Part shown: in pieces, positions 24,832 through 35,577 of the stretch | Position numbering within the stretch: position 1 is the stretch's first letter | Layout: the number at the start of each line of letters is the position of its first letter | Source of the DNA: Mobula hypostoma | Lineage: Eukaryota | Assembly: GCF_963921235.1 (NCBI RefSeq) | Contig: NC_086108.1 | Location: 45,634,001 to 45,698,000 of the forward strand | Reading direction: 5' to 3' | DNA: 64,000 bases | Notes under the pieces: model-generated | The model's database searches: none | Told to the model about the DNA's origin: nothing | What the model saw: only the letters and a program-made list of their open reading frames with translations | Position numbers and translations under genes: made by a program

Positions 24832-25287
24832 CTACTACTACGTCGATTCAGGCCTAGGGGGCCGGCGTCGGCACGATGACGGACTCTCCACTTCTCCCTC
24901 TCCCTCATCAGTGTGTTCAGTTCATCTACATTAGCCGCGCCATTGTCTTCTCGGAGCGTGTTGACCATAGTCTTGGGAGGGCGCCCAGGGTTCATTCTCC
25001 CGTGCTTGGTCTCCCATATGAAGACCAGGCTGGCAGGTAGCTCAGGGTGGCGTAGACAGTGCTCCGCTAGTTGCAGTCTTCTCGCCTCGATTTTAGTGGT
25101 GAGCATCGGTAGGTCGTTATAGAGCTCGACGTTCATCATGTGCTGTTGCCAACTCACGTCAAGAGCCATCCGGAGCATTCGTGTATAGCAACCATCGAGA
25201 GATTTTCGCATAGTCTTGGTGAGTGTCCACGTCTCACATCCGTACGTGAGAATGGACTCTATGACTGCTATGAAGATCCTCTTTTTA
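24832..25287 (-). mobile_element. 5'-truncated RTE LINE
   Basis: SILTYGCETWTL..RMLRMAL..RRLQLAEH..GRPPKT; (TAG)n tail; 8-bp TSD AGATAAAA (24824-24831 / 25288-25295). Confidence 0.85.
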
Positions 25288-26988
25288 AGATAAAAGATCA
25301 CTTAGTATTTCTATGTCTAGTAACTAATTAGTGTCTACTGCTGGTAGATATGTTTATAGACAATAGTGAATGACACAACCAATCCCATGGTCCAAAGATA
25401 TGTTTCAAGTTTCAAATTTAGTTATCATTCAACCATACATGAATATCACGAAACTAAACAGCATTCTTCCTGGTTCAAGCTGCAAGTTCATATTCAATCT
25501 TAAGATCAGGTTTAATTGTCATTCAACCATATATGCATGCCCATGAAAACAGCCAAACGAAACAGCATTGCTGTATGCTAATATGCAACTGGTAATATGT
25601 TTTATACATTACCAACAGCAAACAGCACACTGCACGTAGCACGTAGCGCAAGTAGCGCATATGGTTACGATTTCAGAAAAACATACAGTCACAAAGAGAA
25701 AGTAAATGTATATAGTCCAAGTCTCTGTGTTGTCCCAGTCCAGCTTGTTCTTCCACTGAATGACAGCAGAGAGCACCAAGCTAGCACCGGAGGGCAGCAC
25801 TGAGCAAACACCAGAGGTGCTAGCTTGAAACCCAGTATGAAATCCAGCGGTACACAGGACATCTCTAGCGTGTCCTTCGCCAGTGTCCACAACAGGTGAG
25901 TTCGAGGCACGAAGGCCGTGTCTGCGCAAAATCCAAGGTATCACAGCTGCCCTGCCGTCAGTCTTACAAATGAATCAGTGAACCGAACTTGCAGCACCCT
26001 ACGTCACCAATGTCCAACAGGGCTTTGTGATCACGATGAAAACGTCCAGTACAATCATTTGCACCTTGTTCTGAACCGTGCACCATCTCGGCACAACGAT
26101 ATGCAACGTGTCCAGGTGAAAACATAGCAGTAAGTCTAGCTCTGTCACTATCGGCCAACTAGCTGATGGGATGGTCCTGCAGTCCTTAATGTTTTTTGGT
26201 ATCCAGCAGTGGCTTGCGATTGTATAAGGTTCGTACAGGATGAACAAGTACGCCTTAGACTGGACCCGGAGTGGCTGCTGTGTCTGAGCATGCTGCCATC
26301 TTACTGGAAATTCATTATCCAGGATCACATCTGAAGAATAACTGACTTAAATAGTGACAGAGGGATGATCACACCATAGAAGCTGTAAAAAGACTCCAAC
26401 AGAACTAATTTCCTCAATTATTCCTTGACTGGTCATCACTTCTAATTGGCTTAGTTTACTTAAACAATAAAAATTATTCTGTTTAAAGAAATGTTACTCC
26501 TTTCCCAATCTGAGTGATGCCTGTGGTGGCTTTAATTCTTCCCCGTAACTTGAGCTATTTCAGGTTGATAGATTAAAACTCTGGATTGTATCAGTTGCTG
26601 CCAAACCCTGAGAATCATAATGCATTCCTTGTTTAATATGACTCCAGCCAGTAGAAAGTTCCAGAATTATGTGGGTGGGTGCCAATGTTAAGATGTATTA
26701 ACTCCCACAGCAATGAAAATTATGCGGTGTTGTGGTGATATTAACTCAAAAATGGTTTAAAAAGCCCTAAATTCCAGAAGAATAAAATATATTGATAAAT
26801 TGACACATGAGGCATGCATTCCTCTGGGAATTTATTCTTCTGAGGATGTGAAGAAGAACGTTTTAATGCAATGAGTGGCATTGATCTTGAGTTCTGCCTT
26901 CGAGAGTGGTAGAAGTAGAGATGATTTATGATTTCAATAGGAAATAGGACAAACACTTGAGAAAAATATTCAGATATGATCCTGGATA

Positions 26989-28101
26989 ATGAATGTTGCT
27001 ACAGTTATCAAGGATGTGATAACAGCACATTTGGAAAGCGGTGAAATGATCGGACAAAGTCAGCATGGATTTGTGAAAGGAAAATCATGTCTGACGAATC
27101 TCATAGAATTTTTTGAGGATGTAACTAGTAGAGTGGATAGGGGAGAACCAGTGGATGTGGTATATTTGGATTTTCAAAAGGCTTTTGACAAGGTCCCACA
27201 CAGGAGATTAGTGTGCAAACTTAAAGCACACGGTATTGAGGGTAAGGTATTTGTGTGGGTGGAGAATTGGTTAGCAGACAGGAAGCAAAGAGTGGGAATA
27301 ACCGGGACCTTTTCAGAATGGCAGGTGGTGACTAGTGGGGTACCGCAAGGCTCAGTGCTGGGACCCCAGTTGTTTACAATATATATTAATGACTTGGATG
27401 AGGGAATTAAATGCAGCATCTCCAAATTTGCGGATGACACGAAGCTGGGTGGCAGTGTTAGCTGTGAGGAGGATGCTAAGAGGATGCAGGGTGACTTGGA
27501 TAGGTTGGGTGAGTGGGCAAATTCATGGCAGATGCAATTTAATGTGGATAAATGTGAAGTTATCCACTTTGGTGGCAAAAATAGGAAAACGGATTATTAT
27601 CTGAATGGTGGCCGATTAGGAAAAGGGGAGGTGCAACGAGACATGGGTGTCCTTATACACCAGTCATTGAAAGTGGGCATGCAGGTACAGCAGGCGGTGA
27701 AAAAGGCGAATGGTATGCTGGCATTTATAGCGAGAGGATTCGAGTACAGGAGCATGGAGGTACTACTGCAGTTGTACAAGGCCTTGGTGAGACCACACCT
27801 GGAATATTGTGTGCAGTTTTGGTCCCCTAATCTGAGGAAAGACATCCTTGCCATAGATGGAGTACAAAGAAGGTTCACCAGATTGATTCCTGGGATGGCA
27901 GGACTTTCATATGAAGAAAGACTGGATGAACTGGGCTTGTACTCGTTGGAATTTAGAAGATTGAGGGGGGATCTGATTGAAACGTATAAGATCCTAAAGG
28001 GATTGGACAGGCTAGATGCAGGAAGATTGTTCCCGATGTTGGGGAAGTCCAGAACGAGGGGCCACAGTTTGAGGATAGAGGGGAAGCCTTTTAGGACCTA
28101 G
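26989..28101 (+). pseudogene. CR1 ORF2 reverse transcriptase domain (truncated; premature TAG at 28099)
   Basis: SQHGF..SCLTNL, YLDFQKAFDKV, GVPQGSVLGP, FADDTK, RPHLEY. Confidence 0.9.
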
Positions 28102-28361
28102 ATTAGGAAAAACTTCTTCACGCAGAGAGTGGTGAATCTGTGGAATTCTCTGCCACAGGAAACAGTTGAGGCCAGTTCATTGGCTATATTTAAGAGGGAG
28201 TTAGATATGGCCCTTGTGGCTACGGGGGTCAGGGGGTATGGAGGGAAGGCTGGGGCGGGGTTCTGAGTTGGATGATCAGCCATGATCATAATAAATGGCG
28301 GTGCAGGCTCGAAGGGCCGAATGGCCTACTCCTGCACCTATTTTCTATGTTTCTATGTTTC
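26995..28361 (+). mobile_element. Young 5'-truncated CR1 LINE
   Basis: Uninterrupted RT reading frame; (TTTCTATG)n tail. Confidence 0.92.
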
Positions 28362-28854
28362 TATTCTTTGAGAAATTTGTAGGACTTTGGGATTAGATTT
28401 AGGGAACGAGGTTGATTGGGTTGCTGTATAAAAAACAAGCATGAGCATAGTGGGCTGAATAAACTTTCTGTGTCGCAATGAGTCTATGACTCTGTGGTTA
28501 TAAACATTCTTGAGATGTTTATTGTGAAAGTAAACTGCTGCATGAATGAAGTGTAAGGTCATATATACTTTCAGAGTGAAAACAACAAGAGGAGATAAAG
28601 GATAAAGAATTAAACTTTAAAATAGCAAAGGGCAAAAGCACTCAGGGATTCAAATGAGTAAATATTTTAAAGTGGGAAGTCAACTTGTTAAAAGCAGAGA
28701 AGTAGCATATGGGATTGTATGTTTAAGAACATAGTATGTCAGTATGAAACCAATAAAGAAAATGCTTAAGGTCTTGGTAGATTGTAATTAGGCCTACTTC
28801 CATGCAGCAAATCTCTGACATTCCAACTCTGAAAGCTGAATAGGTGCTGGAAAC

Positions 28855-29707
28855 AACTGTCACAACTGTCATTGGCCTTATCCGAGACGGTGATGAGTCT
28901 GCATACAGACGGGTGGTGGAACGGCTGGTCAGAACAATCTGGAGCTAAATACGCTCAAGACTGTGGAGATGACAGTGGACTTCAGGAGGAGCCCCCCAGT
29001 ACTCCCCCCACTCACTATACTGAACAGTATTGTGTCTGCTGTGAAGACCTTCAGGTTTCTGGGTGTCACAATCTCCCAGGACTTGAAGTGAACACCCAAC
29101 GCGGACACTCTTATCAAAAAGGCTCAGCAGAGGTTGTATTTCCTACGTCAACTCAGGAAGTACAACCTGCCTCAGGAGCTGCTGATTCAATTCTATTCAG
29201 GAATAATCCAGTCTGTTCTCTGTTTGTCCATCACTGTCTGGTTTGGATCAGCTACCAAACAAGATAAGAATAGACTCCAAAGAACCATCAGGGCTGTGGA
29301 AAGGATTATTGGTGTGAAGCTGCCCTCGATCCAGGACTTATATGCATCTAGAGTCAGGAAGTGAGCAAGCAGCATCATTGTAGACCCATCACACCCCGGA
29401 CATCACCTGTTCCAACTCTTTCCTTCTGGTAGGCGCTTTAGATCACTATGCCAGGACAAATAGGTACAAGAACAGTTTCTTTCCATATGCCATCAGTCTT
29501 ATGAACACTTGAATTTTAGTCTAGTATAAACCAAGTCCACCTGTATATGCACAGGTAAACCTCATTGTATATAGTTCACGATTATTTCCACTATTGTTTT
29601 GTTTGCTTTTTGATTCTGTACAGCGAGAGCTCAGGGAAACTGGCATCAAATTCCCGGTATGTGTCCACATACTTGGCAATAATAAAGGATTCTGATTCTG
29701 ATTCTGA
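28855..29707 (+). mobile_element. Rex1/Babar-type LINE 3' end
   Basis: TTVIGLIRDGDESAYR, KTVEMTVDFRR, KKAQQRLYFLRQLRK; AATAAA + (GATTCT)n tail. Confidence 0.8.
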
Positions 29708-29771
29708 AATCTGCTCTATAAACAAAAAGTGCTAGAAATAATTACTGGGCCAGGGAGTAGCTGTGGAGAGG

Positions 29772-29907
29772 GACTCCTGCCGACAGGTCTCAGCCCAAAA
29801 TGTTGATTGTTCTTCTTTCCATAGATGCTGCCTGGCCTGCTGAGTTCCTCCAGCATTTTGTGTGTGTTGCTTGGATTTGCAGCATCAGCAGACTTTTCTC
29901 TTGCTTG
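29772..29907 (+). mobile_element. Penelope-like terminal fragment with degenerate hammerhead
   Basis: Shared CCATAGATGCTGCCTGGCCTGCTGAGTTCCTCCAGCATTTTGTGTGTGTTGC tail. Confidence 0.7.
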
Positions 29908-29927
29908 TGAAGTAAATTCATTCTTGA

Positions 29928-30590
29928 TATAGAACAGAGAACAGTAGAACACAGGACCTAACACTTTAGTCCATGATTTTGTGCCAGACTAATGATCTAA
30001 TGACACCTAAACCCATCTGTCTGCATGTCATCCATAATCCATATCCCTCCATTCTCTGCACATTTGTGTGCATTTCTAAGAGCCTCTTAAACACCCCCAT
30101 CTCCACTCTTGCAGCATGTTTCAGGCACTCTCAACTCACCATGTAAAAAACTTGCCCTGCATCAACTCCTTTGAACTTTTCCCCCTTTCATCTTAAGTGT
30201 AGGCCTCTGAGAAAAATATTCTGGCTGTCTCTCATCATTCTATAAAGCTCTGTCGTGTCTCCCCTCTGCTACTCCAGAGAAAACAACCCTAGTTTGTTCA
30301 GCCTCTCCGTATAGAAGATGCTCTCTATTCCAGGCAGCATCCTGGTAAACCACCTCTGCACCCTCCACATGCTTCCTATAACTGGGTGACCAGAACTGAA
30401 AGTAGTACTCCTGATGTGGCCTAACCAGAGTCTTATAAAACTACAACATAACTTCCTGACTCTTGAACCCAGTGCATTGACTGGTAAAAAGCAAGCATGC
30501 CACATGCCTTCCTTAACACCCTATCAACTTGTGTGGCCAACTTCAGAGAGCTATAGGTTTCGGACTGCAAGATTTCGCTGTGCATCAACA
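29928..30590 (-). mobile_element. CR1 LINE 3' end
   Basis: RVQRWFTRMLPG..ERLNKLGLFSLE; ATAGAACA-type tail. Confidence 0.8.
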
Positions 30591-30892
30591 ATCTCTGCAC
30601 ATCATCATTCCTCTGTGTATTGCTGACTTTGTTTAAAAAGTTAATCACATAGGCTAACGTAAACTTTTAGAGCAGTGCAAGAAAAAACTGAATATCTTTG
30701 GAATTGATCACATTGTCAAAGTGCACGTTTGAAATAATGTTAAGTACAAGTATTCTAATACACAGCTAGAGGTATTTCATTAACTTTCAATCCTCTTTAG
30801 AACAGAGGGGGAAATTGACATAACAAACCCAAATACTTTCAGTGTTTAGAATTTAAAGTTTTCCTGGGTTACCAATCAATGGTAACATCTTG

Positions 30893-31030
30893 GGATGGCA
30901 CAGTGGCACAGTTGTTGGGACTGCTGCCTCATAGGTACAGCAACAGTCTTGATACCCGGTGCTCCCTGTGTGGAGTTTGCATGTTCACCCTGTAACCATG
31001 TGGGTTTTTTTCAGGTGCAACTACAGGTTT
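30893..31030 (+). mobile_element. V-SINE 5' fragment
   Basis: tRNA-like GGCACAGTGGCACAGT start; TGTGGAGTTTGCATGTTC V-domain motif. Confidence 0.6.
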
Positions 31031-34021
31031 ATCGTGACACCCATGCTTTTGCACTGTATTTACAAGTCTCAGGAACACATATGTTCTGCTCTCTCATCAC
31101 ACGCTGTCACTTTCAAGAATATATACATATGTGCACCTAGATCTCTGTTTCTGCATCCCCCTTTAAAATTGAGCATTTAGGCTATAATTTCCTTCCTTAT
31201 TCTTTCCAGGGAAAATAGCTTAATACTTTAAACCTCCGTATTACTGATCATTGGTCACTCTGTGCATTTAGCCGGACCATCTATGTCTTGCAGATTATTA
31301 ACTTCCTCCTAACTGTCAACCACATTTACTAAACTTTATGCCTTATGACCTTTTAAAAATGTTCACATGATCTAAGTAGGAAGTGGTCCAAATTGCAATT
31401 TTCCATAACATGAAGCCATGTTATATGTGCATGCATAAAGAAACACAATTTGAAAAATATCGCATTTATTATTTTTCAATCAATTCTGTGAGTGTGAATT
31501 TTATTCCGTGCTTCAGACTTTTGGGTAATGATTGGTGAATTCTGAGTGGGTGAATTTCCGTTACCCAAACGGCTGTAATGCTGGTGTTATTATTTCTACC
31601 CCCTCTTTAATGAAGATTTTGACAGCAACATAATTTTTCTTTAGTAAGGACTGATGCAAAGTATTCACCAATTACATCATGCTTTGATCATCTTCTTTAT
31701 CCCTTCCTCCTCTTCCTACCCACTTACTGTTTGTGTTTCTGTAGAAGACATATTCAGTGCCTTGGTAGGTTCTATTTCTTTGCTGGTAATGGCACATATT
31801 CATTTTGCCATCTTACTAACCTTATCTAGCTGTCCTGCTTTCTTCAGTAGTATATCACATGCACAGTATTGTCCCTTGATCCTCTATATTTTTCAAAATC
31901 CTGTCATTTATTGTGTATTGCTTTGCTTTGTTTGACCTCCCCCAAAAGCTCTACATCACACATTTCTGGATTGAATTCCATTTCCAATTTTCCACTTGGC
32001 CACAACTTACTTTCTCCCTTTCAGCCAAACAGATAGGTTTAGTATCTGTAAACTTTGTATTCCTGGCCTCTGACGCCGTTTAAATAGAACACAGAACATA
32101 GAAAGTTGAAATCTACAGCATATTACATGCCCTTTGGCCCACAATGTTGTGCTGACCATGTAACCTACTCTAGAAACTGCCTAGAATTTCCCTAGTGCAT
32201 AGCCCTCTGTTTTTCTAAGCTCCATGTACCTATCTAAGAGATCTTAAAAGACCCTATTGTATCCACCTCTACCACCACCGCTGGCAGTGCGTTCCATACA
32301 CCCACCATTCTCAGTGTGAAAAACTTACCCCTGACATCCCCCTTGTACCTACTTCCAAGCACCTTAAAACTATACTCCCTGGGTTAGCCATTTTAGCTCT
32401 GGGGAAAAGCCACTGCCTATCCACACGATCAATGCCCTGCATCATCTTATACACCTCAATCAGGTCACCTCTCATCCTCCGTCACTCCAAGCAGAAAAGG
32501 CCAAGTTCCTCAACCTATTCTCACAAGGTATACCCACCAATCCAGGCAACATTCTTATAAATCTCCTCAGCACTCTCTCTATAGTATCCGCATCCTTCTT
32601 GTACTGAGGTGACCAGAACTGAACACAGTAGTCCAAGTGGGATCCGACCAAGGTCTTTTATAGCTGTAACATTACCTCGTGGCTCTTGAACTCAGTCCCA
32701 TGGTTGATGAATGCCAACACACCAATCAACTTCTTAACAACAGTGTCAGCCTGTACAGCAGCTTTTTGTGTCCTATATTATATTCTGTCTTCAAATTTGA
32801 CCTACCAAAATGAACGACTTCACACTTACCTAGGTTGAAGTCCACCTGCCACTTCTCAGCCCAGTTCTGCATCCTACTGATGTCCCGTAGTAACCTCTGA
32901 CAACCCTCCAGACTATCCACAACAACCCCAATCTCTGTGTCATCAGCAAACTTACTAACCCACCCTTCTACTTCTTCATCCAGGCCATTTATAAATATCA
33001 CAAAGAGGAGGGGTCCCAGTACAGATCCCTGCAGAACACCACTGGTCACCGACCTTCATGCAGAATATGAACCATTTACAACTACTCTTTGCCTTCTGTG
33101 GGCAAGCCAAATCTGGATCCACAAAGCAAAGTCTCCTTGGATCCCATGCCTCCTTATTTTCTGAAGGAGCTTGGCATGGAGAACCTTATCAAGTGCTTTA
33201 CTGAAATTCATATGCACTACATCCACTGCTCTACCTTCATCAATGTATTTTGTTACATTCTCAAAGAATTCAATCAAGCTCATAAGGCACAATCTGCTGT
33301 TGTCAAAGCCATGCTGACTATCCTTCATCAAATTATGTCTCTCCAAATGCTCATAAATCCTGCCTCTCAGGATCTTCTCCAACGACTTGCCCACCACTGA
33401 AGTCAGACTCACTGGTCTATAATTTCCCATGTTATCTCTAGTCCCTTTCTTGAACAAGGGAACAACATTTGTAACCATCCAATCCTCCAGTACTTCTTCT
33501 GCCCCTATTGATGACACAAAGATCATTGCAAGAGGCTCAGTAATCTCCTCCCTCACTTCCCACAGTAGCCTGGGGTATATCTCATCCGGTCCCGGTGACT
33601 TACCTAACTTTTCAAAAGCTTTTTAATGCTTTTCAAAAGCTCCAGCACATTCTCTTTCTTAATGTTTATATGCTCAAACATTTCAGTCCACTGTAAATCA
33701 TCCCCACAATTGCCAAGGTCTTTTTCCCTGGTGAGTGATGAAGCAAAGTATTCAAGTACCTCTGCTGCCTCCCCCGACTCCATGCACCTGATTGATCCTA
33801 TTCTTACATGGCTCATCCTCTTGCTTTTCACACACTTGCAGAATGCCTTGGGGTTTTCCTTAATCTTGCTCACCAAGGCCTTCTCATGGCCCCTTCTGGC
33901 TCTCCTAATTCCATTCTTAAGCTCCTTCCTAGCAACCTTGTAATTTTCTAGAGCTCTACCAGTACCTAGTTTCTTGAACCTTTCGTAAGATTTCTTTTCT
34001 TCTTAGCTAGATTTTGTACAT

Positions 34022-34924
34022 TGTTATGTACCCGGTAACTGGGTTGCCAAACCAGCAGAAATGGATCACTCAGTTGGAGTCTGGATTACTAGAACTAAGA
34101 AAGTTTTATTAATGAAACAAGCAACACAGTACTCTAATCAAAAGGATAATGAATGCAACAGTTCAGCAATGATAAACACACATGTACACAGAATTAAGAT
34201 AACAAGATCAATCAAGCTCTATCGTTGTCTAGGGGTAAATGACCAGTTTCAAAGTGACGCAAAGTTCAGTTCAATTTAGTTCAGTTCAGTTCGCAGCAAT
34301 CGCTGCCGTGGGAGATGGACAGTGGGGGGAAGGAGAGAGAGAGCAAAACGAATGAATATTCAAATGGCTTCCACACACAGGCCTTCAATATTCTTCGCAG
34401 TCAGCTTTCCGGCGAGCCCTTTGTGATGTCATCTGAGGTCACCGACCGTGACCCCTCCGTTTCCAGATACGATCATTTCTCTGCGGTGAACCTGGCACTC
34501 AGGCAAGGATGGACACACACCAGGTTCCCGCTGATCATGCCTTTCCACCCTGTGTGTCCATGGCTTGGTCCCACAACCAGCCTTCCAAAACTTCCCACCG
34601 ACTTGTGGGAGACGCACCGCTTCCAGGGTCTCGTTACCTCGTGGTGTCGTGTGTGTCTTGCCTTAGCGAACCTGTCCCTTTTTATCCCCCTGCTGGGGTA
34701 TCGCCTGTCCATCACTTCAAACAGTTCAGCGTTCAAAGGGGGAGCCGATCTTGACAGCTCTCCTTCCGTTACTCTCTCCCGTCCCTTCATTAACATCTCC
34801 AAATGCTGCTCCATTGTTTTCCTTCTCTCTCTTTCTCCTGAAGACAGGTGGCAGACCAACTGCTGATCCCACTGGTGCCAGCCCAGGCCAGCTAACATCT
34901 TAATTTATGTGTATTCTCGTCACA
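34022..34924 (-). repeat. 3' LTR
   Basis: Direct repeat of 38038-38940, same length, scattered substitutions; TGTT..CACA ends. Confidence 0.95.
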
Positions 34925-35039
34925 CTTCCCACCTTTAAGGATTTTTACTGGGGGGTAAAAATTACAAACATGAATACATTATTTGATACACACAAATATA
35001 CATCTTTATCAGCTATTTGGCTAATACAGCAAATTTGAA

Positions 35040-35530
35040 GTTGTCAACACCTGGCAGACAGTCAGCCATCACATTTCCTGTTCCTTTTATATGTGTTATT
35101 AATTATCCCTTAGACCAGGCTCCAACTTAGCAAACTTCATAGTGGCCAAAAACACTGATGAATTGCGATCAATGTAACCTCTCATTGGGTTTCGTCCCGG
35201 ACCACAATAACAAGGGTCGTCCCATTCCAACTTAGTTTTCTCTCGCAAGGGCTTAGTTGGGGGGGGGGTAGTAACTGCAGAGTTATTGCAAAACTTCCTA
35301 CAGTACCCCACCATCTCCAAGAGCCTTATGAGGGCCCTCTTGTCTGTCGGGGTTGGGATGTCAGAGATAGCCCGCACTTTAGCTTGCATCGCTGCCAGCT
35401 GCCCCTGTGTCACCACAATTCCCAGGTAAGTGACCTTCGTGTGGCTGAACTCATTTTTTCAAGGTTCACTATCAAGCTGGCTTCAGACAGCCGTATTACA
35501 TCGCCAATACACACCTCTGTGTTCGTCAGC
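35040..35530 (-). pseudogene. Deleted RT thumb/RNase H remnants of the Gmr1-like element
   Basis: VTYLGIVV..KVRAISDIPTPTDKRAL..LEMVGYCRKF; HIKGTGNVMADCL. Confidence 0.7.
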
Positions 35531-35577
35531 CCTTTCGTCACTGAATTACTCATTCTATAGGGCTATTGCTCGCTAGG

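Noticed and set aside
27174..27878. Antisense ORFs over the CR1 RT
   Set aside because: Shadow frames of the LINE ORF2
34061..34898. ORFs of 72-183 aa duplicated at 37948-38914
   Set aside because: They lie inside the two LTRs and show no recognisable domain
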